Part shown: positions 15,194-28,970 of the stretch, piece by piece
Layout of the letters: each line of letters opens with the position of its first letter
Position numbering within the stretch: the stretch's first letter is position 1
NCBI RefSeq assembly: GCF_006345805.1
Contig: NC_043019.1
Coordinates: 24,799,360 to 24,863,359, forward strand
Direction of reading: 5' to 3'
DNA length: 64,000 nt
Source: Octopus sinensis
Lineage: Eukaryota
Position numbers and translations under genes: made by a program
The notes under the pieces: model-generated
Told to the model about the DNA's origin: nothing
What the model saw: only the letters and a program-made list of their open reading frames with translations
Databases searched by the model: none

Positions 15194-15620
15194 TTGAGGA
15201 TAAATTTCTCCCTCCATCCCACAATCTTAGGGAGTTTGCCTTTCTTCCTAACTCAGCGATAAAATAACAGTGTTTGTGATTTGAAGGCGAGTTGATTGCT
15301 TGAGGATAAATTTCTCCCTCCATCCCACAATCTTAGGGTTTTTTTACCTTTCTTCCTAACTCAGCGATAAAATAACAGTGTTTGTGATTTGAAGGCGAGT
15401 TGATTGCTTAAGGATAAATTTCTCCCTCCATTCCACAATCTTAGGGGGTTTGCCTTTCTTCCTAAATCAGCGATAAAATAACAGTGTTTGTGATTTGAAG
15501 GCGAGTTGATTGCTTGAGGATAAATTTCTCCCTCCATCCCACAATCTTAGGGGTGTTTGCCTTTCTTCCTAACTCAGCGATAAAATAACAGTGTTTGTGA
15601 TTTGCAGGCGAGTTGATTGC
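15194..15620 (+). repeat. Tandem repeat, 4 x about 106 bp
   Basis: Units start at 15194, 15300, 15408 and 15514 (ttgaggataaatttctccctccatcccacaatc...gaaggcgagttgattgc) and are near-identical. Confidence 0.95.
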
Positions 15621-16165
15621 TACATCTAGCAAACCAAAGAACCACGCAGAGGCCTCCTCATTGACCCAATAAATACTAGCAATGTACTGAGGTCAAAAAG
15701 ATCGTAGATATGTTGTTAGTTTAGAAACTAGGTCAGGTGACGTGTGAGAACAAAGTCATTATTTCCAGATGGTTTGTCTTGGCAATGGAAAATTATGAAG
15801 AAACGAAAAGAAGCTAAGAACAACACCAAAACAAAAACAAAGAAACAGTCATCATGTTAGTTCTAATTCAATGTTAAATATAATTAATGAATTAATTAAG
15901 ACTAGTTTTAATGAATTTGTTTTCATTACTCAAAACGGATATCCTCCGTCGGTATATTTAGTAATTTAAATATACATGTTTACATGATTGTGTACATACG
16001 TTCACACACATATGCATATACGTGCATATACGCACATAATCGTGCACTCGTATACATATGGACGTGTGTGGGTGTATGCGTGTAAGTATATATGATGTGT
16101 GCGTGCGTGTGTGCCTGTGTGTATGCATGTGTGTGCGTGCGTGCGTGTGTGTCTGTGTGTCTGTG

Positions 16166-16249
<84 letters not shown>

Positions 16250-16799
16250 ATGAAGAATGGAGAATTTATACATCTTAAATATATTTCATTATAAATTTTT
16301 CTCTGTATATCAAATTCCGACACGTGTTTCTGCTGAATAAGAGTCTTAGGTTCCTTAGATGTGATGTATTAAATCAATTACGGTACAAATTCTGATCCAA
16401 AGATTGACCTTCTTATACAGCTCCTTTCAATGCATTTTCCATACGAGTGAATGGAGCGAACTAGATAAAGTCTCTCGTATCAAAGATATATTCCTAAGAT
16501 ATCATCCGTGGTGAGGAAGTATGAGAGATTAGAGTAAAAATTAATGGAGAAAATAATTAAATATGACATTCGCAGATATATTCCAGTTATATTTAAATTC
16601 ACATTGAGTGCACTGGTCATTAAGAAAACAGAATAATTCACCGAATGAAAACTATGCAAACAACCAATCCTTCTGCATTTGATAAAACTTTATACCAGAT
16701 TCCTGGACCGTTAGTCCAACCTGAAATACTCTGTTGTGTACCAGTTCCTTGTCCGCCGTGGTCTCCCTACACGAAATAAAATATTATAAAACCTGCAGC

Positions 16800-17160
16800 A
16801 CTCCAGAGATCGATCACAAGAGAAATAGATGACAGGTCTTGATCGTCTCGAGGAACTCAAACTTTATTCCCTCTGACGCCACCATGAGCACTATATCATT
16901 AATATGTTGTGGGGAAAATATTCCAATTCCACTGCCCAAATTATGTTGGCATCAACTTAAAAATTCACCCGAGGTTTTGACCAATGATATCTGTCCTCTA
17001 CAAAAGTATTTCACTGAGTTGGGCCGGCTCCCTTTAAACGTTATGTCAAGACTGATAAAAAAAGAAACACATCCCCTAACCTTGAAATGGTTCCACAGAA
17101 GCCACACCAACCCGGTATAGCTCTGAAAACAATAACACTTTACTGGAATGGGGAATGGGT
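16800..17160 (+). mobile_element. Decayed CR1-like LINE 3' fragment
   Basis: DRLEELKLYSL*RHHEHYII and gggccggctccctttaaacg (GPRLFN-like) motifs. Confidence 0.55.
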
Positions 17161-17919
17161 AATGGGCTCCAAAGAATGACTAATATCAAACATCATTAAA
17201 TGCCTTTTCTAGGTGGTGCTGGCCAGTTCTGGCCGAAACTTATCTAAGTATCTGCCTTGTCTCATCTGTTTTGACTTATGGATTTAATCTCAGACAATAT
17301 CTTACTCTCTTGGTGCCCCTTTTTAAATCAAAGTGAAGAAGACTTGGATAGAAAACCCTCTGCACTTCTTCTTGTTCTATCCAATGCTTTTGGGCCAAGA
17401 AATTGATAGGTTTCTGATGTCGCTAACTCTTCACTTCTTCTCAGTTTACTGATTGAATTTACTATCCACAAAATATACCAGCACATGTAAATTGGTGCAG
17501 GTATTAAGAAACTCCTCACGAAGAAAGATTTCTTCAAATTTCCACCGCGACATCTGGCTGCGACAAACTCCTCTCCCTACAAGTCTGTGGCTGCTAATTT
17601 TAATGCCAGAAGGCCACCATGAGTTTAATTTTTCTGTGACACATTCAGTTGGTATTAAGTACTAAATAAGAACACATTTAAATATATCGTGAGTTCCAAC
17701 AGCACTAAGCAAGAGAGAGAGAGGGAGGGAGAGGGTGGAGTATAGAGTTAAAGAAAGGTGTCTGATAAAGAATTTCTCTTCCAGGTGGAGTGTGGGTGTA
17801 TATTCTAAGTACCCGAGACAACCGGGCTGTTCACATCAATCTACCCTTGATTGCACTTTAATGGTGCAGACTGTATTCTTTCTGTTTATTTAGACAGATG
17901 CAAAACGACATTCAACACT

Positions 17920-17936
17920 TTAACACCACCACCACC

Positions 17937-17990
<54 letters not shown>

Positions 17991-17991
17991 G

Positions 17992-18022
<31 letters not shown>

Positions 18023-18521
18023 ACTGCTACTACTGCTACTGCTGCTGCCTAAAGGTACCGCTTCATTATACAGCAAGTGCTAGCAAATCTTACATATGTT
18101 CTGTCTTAATTGAATGTTACTCACATACAGCTTTTGCCCTTCCATCCGTCCATTTTTCTTACTTTTTTCCATTAATCATCGCTATCATCATCATCATCAT
18201 CATCATCATAACCACCACCACCACCACCACCACCACAACCACCACCATCATAATCATCCTCCTCCTCCTCATCATCATCAACATCATCATCACCACCACC
18301 ACCACACCACCACCACCACCACCACCACAACAACCACCACCATCATAATCATCCTCCTCCTCCTCATCATCATCAACAACACCACTAGCACTACCACCAC
18401 CACCATCATAATCCTCCTCCTCATCACCAACACGACTAGCACTACCACCACTACCATCATCATTATCATCATCACCATGACCCCACCACTTCCTCTCCTC
18501 CCAACTCCTCTTCTTCCTCAT

Positions 18522-18582
<61 letters not shown>
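17920..18582. repeat. Compound trinucleotide tract ((cac),(tac),(tgc),(cat),(cct)) ending in (gata)n
   Basis: Visible directly. Produces the poly-T/L/C/H/M artefact ORFs. Confidence 0.95.
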
Positions 18583-18583
<1 letters not shown>

Positions 18584-18750
18584 CGTATTGTAATCTGTTC
18601 CCGTCGCCGCCGGCAACTGTCTGGGACTTGAACTCAATAGACATAAGATTGAATCGTTTCTAACAAGCCCAATCGTTTTTCTTCATAAAGTTTATTCTAA
18701 CAGACGGACGACCCGGAATGTTTTCCTTATCGTTTTATATGACTTATTTA

Positions 18751-19146
18751 AGTGGAGGCGCAATGGCTCAGTGGTTAGGGCAACGGACTCGCGGTCATAG
18801 GATCGCGGTTTCGATTCCCAGACCGGGCGTTGTGAGTGTTTATTGAGCGAAAACACCTAAAGCTCCACGAGGCTCCGGCAGGGGGTGGTGGTGATCCCTG
18901 CTGTACTCTTTCACCACAACTTTCTCTTACTTCCTGTTTCTGTTGTACCTGTATTTCAAAGGGCCGGCCTTGTCACTCTCTGTGTCACGCTGAATATCCC
19001 CGAGAACTACGTTAAGGGTACACGTGTCTGTGGAGTGCTCAGCCATTCAGTAGTTTTATTTTTATAGCGTTAATTTCACGAGCAGGCTGTTCCGTTGATT
19101 CGGATCAACCGGAACCCTCGTCGTCGTAACCGACGGAGTGCTTCCC
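18751..19146 (+). mobile_element. SINE family C, full length with 12-bp TSD
   Basis: TSD atgacttattta at 18739-18750 and 19147-19158. tRNA-like head. 3' end gtaaccgacggagtgcttcc. Confidence 0.92.
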
Positions 19147-19289
19147 ATGACTTATTTATTGCTGAACAGTAAAATGAATTTTGTTGTGTCTGGGGAGAGT
19201 CATACAGCCTTAATATCTAACACACTCACCGGTTCAGTTTCTACTCAATGATTGTTATTATTGTGGTGGTGGGAATGATGATGACGATG

Positions 19290-19790
19290 ATGATAATTTG
19301 TTAACTACAAAGGCTTTACATAAAGAAAAACTTTATGAATGGCACAGGACAAAGTATTAAGTGGTTGTGTATGTGTGTGCGTGCGTGTTGGTGTGAGGGC
19401 TTTGCGTGTAATTAGATTTAACAAAAATAAAGGGGTGGGGCGGAAGGGAGTGATGAAATTTCCAAATGAAAATTCCTCGATAGAGCTGCCCATAAAACCT
19501 CGGATGCCCTGATTTTTGAGAGGTGTGGTTTCTCTCAGTTCCTTGTATCCGATTCGTAGGCGTACGCTCAGGGCAGACCCGTTCACTCGTACCATGCTCG
19601 CATTGATCTTCCAACATAGATGCCTGAAGGCAACACCTCCTCCTTCACCTTTATTTTCTTCTTCAAGTGAAACTTGAAGAAGTTGCTGGGGGATTGGCCA
19701 AAGGGAAAAGTGTTTGTCTTCAGTTCCAGTGCTTTCTACGACTGACACAAGGCCTGAGGTTTTGGGAGAGGGGCTTCTCGATTGCATCAG
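19290..19790 (-). mobile_element. Tx1/L1-like LINE 3' fragment
   Basis: SNFFKFHLKKKIKVKEEVL...MVRVNG, homologous to the C-terminus of the 48982-52100 element. Confidence 0.7.
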
Positions 19791-19970
19791 CCCCCAGCGC
19801 TAAACTGGTACTTATTTTATGGACCCCGAAAGAGTGAAAGAGAAAGTCGACTTCGGGTGCATTTGAGCTCAGAACTTAAAGCCGGAAGAAACACCGCTAA
19901 GCATTTTATTCGGTAACGATTCCGTCAATCGTCGTAAAATAATAATGATAATAATAATAATAAATAGTGA

Positions 19971-20038
<68 letters not shown>

Positions 20039-20321
20039 TAATTGGGTGTTTCATTCAACATCCTTAAACAACCCTTATTCAGGACCTTTTGAGCAGTATG
20101 GGTTACTCGACCTGAAGAAAATTCTAAGTGGGGCCCACCTGCAAGTCATGGTGCTGTTTTATCTGATAGAGTTCACCATGTCGCGCACATATGGTTGTGA
20201 TGCATGTGCCTGGTGTACCCTTATCAGATGGGTAGTCATGATGGTTATTGGGCTTCGTATATTTTACCCCAGAGTCACTGTTGATGTCATACACACTCTC
20301 TCTCACTCAATAATAATAATC

Positions 20322-20382
<61 letters not shown>

Positions 20383-20574
20383 TGCCATGATGCAGTACCA
20401 GACAGTGGCTCTCATGGCTTCTGATTTTAACTGATTGGAAATGTTATCATGTACATTGTTTTGTTTTGGTATAAAAGATAGGCTACAGCAAATATTCTGC
20501 TCAATACCACAGATTTGCTTGTCAGTTGTTTAACCTTAAACAGTAGGAAGTTAAGCAGTTGTGGTCACTGAAAA

Positions 20575-20815
20575 AGTTGGTAGTAGCATCAATAATTATC
20601 GGAGTCCTGAGAACAGTGAGAAAAAATCTTGAGAAGTACGTGGAACAAATAGGGGCTGCAATAAAGTTGGAGCATCTGCAGAAAACAGCACTGCTTGGGA
20701 CTGCTTGAATACTCCGGATGGTGCTGGAAAAATAAGGGGTGTAAACTTAGTTCACTGGTAGTGAACAGCTGACACCGTAGTACATCACCAGCGTTAGAAG
20801 CTGTGCAAAGACAAT
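20575..20815 (+). mobile_element. RLE-type LINE 3' end in (AAT)n
   Basis: IIIGVLRTVRKNLEKYVEQIG...LQKTALLGTA*ILR, followed by an (aat)n tail. Confidence 0.75.
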
Positions 20816-20822
20816 AATAATA

Positions 20823-20894
<72 letters not shown>

Positions 20895-20896
<2 letters not shown>

Positions 20897-21312
20897 GGCT
20901 AACAGACCAGATATAGTTGTCAGAGATCATGAAGAAAAAAAATGCTTTCTAATTGATGTATCAATACCGGCAGATGACAACGTATCTCTAAAAGAAAGGA
21001 GAAACTTTCAAAATACACAAAGACCTGGAAATAGAGGTACTAGAATGTGGAACCTAAAAACAGAAACAATTCCTATCATAGTAGGTGCATTAGGCATGAT
21101 AAAAAAATTTCAGACAAATACATAACAAAAACCACCAGGACTTACAAACACATATAACATACAGAAAATTGCACTACTGGGCACTGCACACATCCTACGC
21201 AAAACGTTTTCAATACAGAGCATCACAACATATCACAGCACATACCCAAGGCACACAGAGCCGCGCTCGGTAGTGAAGTGAAAGCACGCTATAAAAATAA
21301 AACTACTGAATG

Positions 21313-21313
<1 letters not shown>
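20895..21313 (+). mobile_element. RLE-type LINE endonuclease and 3' end, flanked on both sides by (AAT)n
   Basis: ANRPDIVVRDHEEKKCFLIDVSIP...IPIIVGALG...IQKIALLGTAHILRK (PD..D motif), frameshifted. Confidence 0.85.
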
Positions 21314-21395
<82 letters not shown>

Positions 21396-21615
21396 TGGTA
21401 TGGCATACGGGTTGAGAAGAGCAAGGTCATTGTGAGAACGATTGCCATCCATATAAATAAATTTTTATACATAACTTTATTTGATTTTATAAATGAAGAA
21501 CTTGGTGTGTTTATTTTCATGGCCTACCGATGTATACGGTGAGTCTCTTTGCCCTAGGTATCGGGAAGACACTCGGCAAGAAGCAGAAACAAAACTGAAG
21601 GAAGAAGAAACACGC

Positions 21616-21648
<33 letters not shown>

Positions 21649-21659
21649 TAATATAATAA

Positions 21660-22030
21660 TGTTGATTTCATTATTAGCCATCAGGGCTCAAGAAACGAGG
21701 ACATTACAAAGGCAAGGATACAAAAAAAAATAAAAACAGAGAGGTGCTTTTGCGTGTAAAAAAAAATAAGGAAAACATGATAATAGTAAAACTTTAAACA
21801 AGGAAAATTCCCCAATATGGGAGAGACATCCGAGAGCTACCCGTGGAAACCCTACAAACTGACCTCTGACCTCTGAGTCAAGTTGTCCCCTTCCAATACA
21901 AATGCATGCTTAGAGTAGGCTCGTTCACTCGAACCAAGCCCACCACTTCTATCTACCTTACAAAACATATGCTGCAAAGAAATATTCCCCTTCACTGTCT
22001 TCATTTACAAAAGTTGCTGATACTCTACAA
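21660..22030 (-). mobile_element. Tx1/L1-like LINE 3' fragment
   Basis: FVR*IEVVGLVRVNEPTL C-terminus. Tail gagccctgatggctaataatgaaa runs into (att)n. Confidence 0.65.
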
Positions 22031-22354
22031 GTTACATTAAAGCGCATTGTTTAAGGTGGTGTATAGCGGGATTGAAATCGGAAACTCACAATTACAAAAT
22101 GATGCTATAATTCGGTCATGTTTGTGTTCTATGTATACACACACACACCCACACACACATACATATTCCTCAATATATATATATAAAGTTAATAGAAACA
22201 AGAAAAACAAAAAAAAGACAACAACGCAAAAGGTGGAACAATACATACATATATATATATATGTATGTATGTTTGTATGTATGTGTATGTATATGTATAT
22301 GTATATATGTATGAATATATATGTATATAAATATATATGTATGAATACTATATA

Positions 22355-22398
<44 letters not shown>

Positions 22399-22465
22399 TT
22401 ATCTATATATATATATATATATACATATCCATATATATGTATATATATAGATATACATCCATACA

Positions 22466-22509
<44 letters not shown>

Positions 22510-23149
22510 CACATATATATACTTGTGTGGGTGTGTATGTATATGCAGGGTTTTTTTACATCATTTTAAACAACATTAAATATGTGTTATGCATATAAAT
22601 ATTGCATATATATTCACTGTTTTGGCAAATATACTACATGATGTTGCGAATAATTACAAATACATGTATAAAGATCCGTGTGTACACACACACACACATA
22701 TATATATATCTGCATATTTATGAATATGTATATATGTGTATGTATATATATTATACACACACATGCATGTGTGTATATAATGTTTGTATGTATGTGTGTA
22801 TAATAGTGTTGACGATCTCATATTTTGCATGAAAATGTTTACACCAAGGCGTGTCGATACAATTACCCTTCGCCCTTTACTCCAAACTGACATATCCTGT
22901 GCAGGTCTGCATGACTTCCAACGAGGAATGCACTTGATTTCTCGCCAAACTTGAGAAGAAAATGTTTGGCACCGCCCGACACTGCATACGCCTTGTGGTG
23001 CTTGGAGGTTTCGAGGGAGCACCACGCCATATATTTTAACATAAATTCGAAAACAATGAAAGCAAATATATGCAATGCAACCATTGTAACACATGCCTGT
23101 ACATACTCACGTGTTTACCACTTGATGTTTATGTTTGTCTGTATATATA

Positions 23150-23457
23150 CGTATGTATGTATGTATGTATGTATGTATGTATGTATGTATGTATGTATGT
23201 ATGTATGTATGTATGTATGTATGTATGTATATATGTAAGTTTGTATGTATGTTTGTATGTATGTATGTATGTATGTATGTATGTACGTAAGTTTGTATGC
23301 ATGTATGTATGTATGTATGTATGTATGTATGTATGTATGTGTGTATGTATGTTTGTGTGTGTGTATGTATGTATGTATGTATATGTATGTATGTATGTAT
23401 GTATGTACGTAAATTTGTATGTATGTATGTATGTATGTATGTATGTATGTATGTATG

Positions 23458-23491
<34 letters not shown>

Positions 23492-23687
23492 TGTATGCAT
23501 GCATGCATGTATGTATCTATTTATGTATGTATGTGTGTGTGTATGTATGTATGTATGTATGTATGTATGTATGTATGTATGTATGTATGTATTTATGTAT
23601 GTATGTATGTGTGTGTGTATGTATGTATGTATGTATGTATGTATGTATGTGTGTGTGTATGTATGTATGTATGTATGTATGTATGTA
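23150..23687. repeat. (TATG)n microsatellite, about 540 bp
   Basis: Visible directly. Confidence 0.97.
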
Positions 23688-24946
23688 TTGGGTTTGCAAG
23701 AAAGTAATTTCGTTTTTCGCAAATTGATAGTGTTATGATTTTTTAAATGACTTTCGTCGGTGTTATGATTTTTTCCTTTTGACATTTGACAGCAGTTACT
23801 TTTAGCCTTCTTTAGAAGCAAATTGCGCGTAATTTTGTTTACAGCTGTTAGTTCAGTGTGAATTTTAACATGGAGTGCAAAACCCAACATTTTCGCCATA
23901 TTTTGCATTATATTTCCGTAAAGGCAACGAAGCTGCTGAGGCTCACAAACTGTTGATTCCTTAACAGAACGCACACGGTGTCGATTGCTTAACAGAACGC
24001 ACATGTCAGATACAATTTTAAAAATTCCGTTCTGGAGATTTTTCACACAAGGATGACCAACGTTCTGGTCGACCTACTGAAGTTGATGATGACCGGATCA
24101 AAGCCATAATTGAATCTGATTGTCATATAACTGTGCGAGAGATTGCAGAGAGGTTAAATGTATCACACACAACAATTGAAAATCACTTAAAATGTCTACG
24201 GGTTCCCCATAAATCGAAAGAGATTCACTTAACACAACGAATCAATATTTGCGATATGCATCACAAACGCAATGAAATCGACCTTGTTTTTTGAAATGAA
24301 TCATAAATGGTGATGAAAAATGGATTATCTACAATAACTTCAATCGAAAACGATCATGGTCCAAGTGTAATGGACCAGCACAAACTACATCGAAAGATGA
24401 ATTGCATCAAAAAATGTTCACGCTGTCAATTTGCTGGGATTACAAAGGTGTTGTGTATTTTGAGCAGCTTCCAAGGAACCAAACGATCAATTAGGATGTT
24501 TACTGTCAACAACTAATGACACTGTAGGAAGCAATCAAAGAAAAACGGCCAGAATTGGCAAGTCGTAAAGGAATCGTGTTCCACCATGATGACGCTAGAC
24601 CACACACATTTTTGCTAACTCGTGAAAAATTATTGGAGTTTGGTTGGGAAATATCCACCATATAGCCCTGTCCTTGCACCCTCAAATTACCATTTATTTC
24701 GAAGTTTGCAAAATTCTTTGAATGGTAAAACTTTCAATAATGATGATGACCTGAAATCGCAATTGCTCCAGTTTTTGGCTGAGAAGGACCAGAAGTTCTA
24801 TGAGCGCGGAATCAGAAAGTTGCCAGAAAGATGGCAAAAGGTCATCGAACAAAATGGAAAATATATAATTGATTAAAGTTCATTCTTTGTATGAAAAAAA
24901 TTACTTTATTTTTAAAACTAAAAAACCAAAATTACTTTCTTGCCAA

Positions 24947-24949
<3 letters not shown>
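23688..24949 (+). mobile_element. mariner-family DNA transposon, decayed
   Basis: TIR ttgggtttgcaagaaagtaattt and attactttcttgccaac. Transposase remnants FHHDDARPH, YSPVLAPSNYHLFRSLQNSL and [16 protein letters not shown]. Multiple frameshifts. Confidence 0.88.
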
Positions 24950-25012
<63 letters not shown>

Positions 25013-25105
25013 ATCAAAACAGGTTGATTCAAATTCGTTGGTACTCCTGACCCCCAAATTGGTCAAGAGTCCTTCTTTCATTTGTCCACTCATTCGTACA
25101 TACAT

Positions 25106-25194
<89 letters not shown>

Positions 25195-26149
25195 ATATAT
25201 ATATATTATGTATACATATATATATTTATGCATGCATGCATGTATCTATGTATATATATATATGCATATACACGTATATACACATACACGTATATAGTGG
25301 GTGTTATTATAAACTTTATTTTGTTTTGTGTACTTATTTCTGTTTTCTCTTTTATATATATTTTTTATTTGTCCCTGTATTTAATCTTACATCGCCCTTC
25401 ACTCCTTCTCCTATTTATAGAACTTGTTCATTCCACCACGTTTTTATAAGTTCCATTGTACTTTAGAGCCCCTATGGCTAATAAAGACACAAATATTGTT
25501 GTTGTTGTTGTTGTTATACAGGTGTGCTTTGGCACCTGTTACTGGAAAGCCACTATTGTCTACAACCAATTAACAATGGAATGATGATGTATTTAGTCAA
25601 GAAACTTCTTCGTTAAACCTTCCAACATTTTCTTTTTCTGGCTGGCGATGTTGAAAATGTGCCAAAGAAAATCTTGCTAAGCCTCTAAATCGCACACTCA
25701 TTTCACAATGCGCACCTCACTTCCAGGAAGGACATGTAATCTCTAATGGGAACAAGGGGGTTATTGTTTTATTATTCGACTCTACAGGCTCTATAAGAAC
25801 GTGTTTCTATGTAGAGTCTTGTTAGTAAATATAAACACACACACATTCACACACACGCATTGCTATTATTGGGAGAAGGAAATTGTCTTTGATAACTCGA
25901 ACAACCAGAGATATGTTCGGATTCCTTGATTGTTTCAAAGTGGTTGCAGTCCTTGTGGAACATTTTCATTTTTTTTTGTTTGTATTACTGTTGTTTTTTC
26001 ATGCTTGTTTTTCAGACTCGTTTCAACCCCCACCCCTTAACTTTTCTCTTTTTAACAGCATAAAGGGTATACGAAGACCTCACATCGAGGGGACAATCGC
26101 ACTCTGTCCTCGTTTTCGTTTTTGAAAACCCTAAAAATCACTACAAATA

Positions 26150-26560
26150 TTAGTTAGTCAGTTCTCTCCGTGCCTCGGAGCACATAAGACCGCAACACGA
26201 TCTCTCCAACCAGCTCTGTTTTCTGCCACTGTTCTGCTCTCATTCCAGCATCTCTACGCTTCTCGTCTCTTTTCTTTGTCAATCGTCCTTCGCCATCTGG
26301 TTTCAGGGCGTCCTGCTGCTTATTTCCTCTCAGGTTGTCACTTTAGTGCCACCATACAATCGCTTTCGTGATCTTGTCTGAGTTCCAGTGTCCGATCCAG
26401 TAGTTCCAGCATCTGCCTCATGTCTTCACTGATCCTGTTAATACCCGTTATTGTCTCAACCGTGTCGTTTCGGACTCTTTGCAACCACTTGATGCCGTGT
26501 ATATTAGATCTATCAATCACTGAGAATCTTTCTTGGGGACTTTACACACATTGTATAACT
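26150..26560 (-). mobile_element. RTE-clade LINE 3' fragment
   Basis: GIKWLQRVRND...VALKWQPE...GRPETRWRRTI...WRDRVAVLCA. Confidence 0.75.
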
Positions 26561-27349
26561 AAAATCAAACCCGAGCAGCCGTGGATCCAGATGGGCTGGT
26601 TGACACGGGTCTTCGATTTTAAGGAAACTTTCCTGCACTGGTTAGAGGCAAAAGACGAGTCTTTTGGCAAAGAATTGAAGCCCATTTCATGAATCTATGT
26701 AGCTATTTGAATATTTTCTAACACTTGGAAGTACATTAGATGCACTAAGTATGCATGATGTACACTTAGTTACAAGTATATACGCTTAATGCCGGTATTA
26801 GTTACCCTTATATATAAACCCTGTGTGTTTAATAATGAGTTCTCTAAAATACATGGCGAGTAATTTGAAATGAGGACTACATTTCAGACCTAGCCAAGGC
26901 CTTTTACCCAATTTGCACAGGCCTGGTTAAATCTGCAACCCCAAATCGAACCAGCTTCGTCAGAACTAGGAAACAATTTAACTCTAACCAGTCGATGACT
27001 CCCAACTAAAGCATACAGTGGAATCCTGCCCCTACATCCGGAACAAAGTAGCTGCACATATAAAAACGCCCAAAACAGCATCTATCTAAGGTTACATACC
27101 GCTACTACAACAGCTGCTATTTCTCTCGATTGTCGTGAAGCAGACCATCACCACCCAAGCTCACCCGTTTCTCCGACTTTCGTCACGCCCCTCCAGCTTT
27201 ACACTCTCACACTGTACATGTTTCCTGGAGACCTTCAGATAAGCAAAAGAGGTTTCGAACTCCTCAGTCTCTGAAGTTCTGCAGAGGTCAGGGACATTTT
27301 TACTTACTTTTGAACTGTTTAAGTCATAAAATACACACATGTGTATATG

Positions 27350-27390
<41 letters not shown>

Positions 27391-27615
27391 GTGTTGTGTG
27401 TATGTGTGTGTGTGTGTATGCTCAAATATTAAATACAAGCAGCAGTAGAGTAATAAACACTCTCGACCACATATACTTAACGCACATGCGACGTGTATTT
27501 GCCGGTAGGCTGCTATCGGTGCGGTGAAGAATACTCTCGCAAAAGCGCCGGGTGTAAAACCACCTTAGAGTCATGAACAGGCGAGACAACTCACCCTCAA
27601 TCCCATCCAGGTGTG

Positions 27616-27656
27616 ATGGACATCGATGTTTCGCCATTTTTGTGGCTTGTCAGCAT
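27616..27656 (-). ncRNA. Minimal hammerhead ribozyme motif with G8A change
   Basis: Reverse complement: atg CTGACAA GCCA caaaaa TGGC GAAA CATCGATG TC cat. Confidence 0.6.
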
Positions 27657-28020
27657 TACGTATCTGACCCGGGTCGGAAATAAATCACTTCGTCAGTCCA
27701 CGACTTATACGCTGACGGCGTGCCAACCATGTGCAGGTATGTCCGAACAATGCATACGTAACGACAAATTCGGATATGAAAGAAAAGCAGCATTGACCAC
27801 AGGTACTTGAGGCATGTGCTGCGTGGTTTGCACGCCATCAGCCTACAAGTTGCTCAGGCCCAGGACGAATGGCATCAAGCATTACATCCGGGACTCCAAC
27901 GACTAAGTCTCGATGAGCTCATTCTGTACCTCACAATATGCGCGCGCGCGTGTGTGTGTAGGTGGGTTGGTAGGTAGGTATACACACCCAAGCATACGAA
28001 ACAGAACAATGATGTAAAGG

Positions 28021-28357
28021 GTAAAGACCCCCTTCGGTCATGAATGACCATGGGATTGCACCTAGAAAGTTACCCTCCTAGACACAAGTCCGGGCAAGGT
28101 TGTTTATGGAAGACCAGCAGTCGCCCATGCATACCAGCCTCCCCTCTCCACGCCACCAGTGTTATCCAAGGGAAAGACAAAGGTCGATACAGCTTGGCAC
28201 CAGTGACGTCGCAACTCATTTCTACAGCTGAGTGAACTGGAGCAACGTGAAATAAAGTGCCTTGCTCAAGAACACAACACGCAGCCCGGTCCGGGATTCG
28301 AGCTCACAACCTTACGATCGTAAGCTCGACACTCTAACCACTGAGCCATGCGCCTTG
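28021..28357 (-). mobile_element. tRNA-derived SINE family D, full length
   Basis: Reverse complement head ggcgcatggctcagtggttagagtgtcg...tcgaatcccgg, central ttcactcagctgtagaaatgagt, tail catgaccgaagggggtctttaccc. Confidence 0.85.
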
Positions 28358-28569
28358 GTGTAAAATCGGTAATGTTTGGCAGTTCGGATTCTCTTATTGG
28401 TCCCGTAGTTGTCCATGATCAAAACACTGAACAGCTCAGCCCTTTCGATTCACACAACTGGACCAATTTCCCAGGAACAACCCTTAGACACAGACCGATG
28501 TCAACCGGCAGCATGTGCTTTGTCCCCAAATCCACAGACCTCTACACTTATACAGTTGGAATCAACAGG

Positions 28570-28618
<49 letters not shown>

Positions 28619-28624
28619 ACACAA

Positions 28625-28787
28625 ATGAGTGTAGGCGTAGTAGTGTGGTAAGAAGCTTGTTTTCTAACCACATGGTTCCAGGCTCAGTTCCACTGCGTGG
28701 CACCTTGGACGTGTCTTCTGCTATAGCCTCAGGCTGACCAAAGCCTTGTGAGTGGATTTGGCAGACGGAAACTCAAAGAGGCCCGTC

Positions 28788-28843
<56 letters not shown>

Positions 28844-28911
28844 TTGTTCGAGTTAAATTTTGTCTTTCATTTCTAGCAATTGTAGGTGCTGTTTTGCACC
28901 CTCACTTATTA

Positions 28912-28970
<59 letters not shown>

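Noticed and set aside
15194-15620. CRISPR-like array
   Set aside because: Units are 106 bp and contiguous with no unique spacers, in a eukaryotic context.
16315-16365. GAAA-CACGTG-TC on the minus strand
   Set aside because: The upstream core (CTAAGGA) is mutated and there is no stem I.
17851-18644. Long poly-Thr/Leu/His/Met ORFs, and the similar YLSI, CVCV, YIYI and MYVC ORFs across the window
   Set aside because: These are translations of stop-free microsatellites.
18752-18825. tRNA genes at the SINE heads
   Set aside because: A- and B-box-like motifs are present, but they continue into SINE bodies bounded by TSDs.
22995-23025. gtggtgct/agcaccac hairpin enclosing GAAAC on the minus strand
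   Set aside because: No CTGANGA core; at best a deleted remnant.
26570-26692. hAT-like WLTRVFDFKETF string
   Set aside because: Too short and diverged to assign without an alignment.
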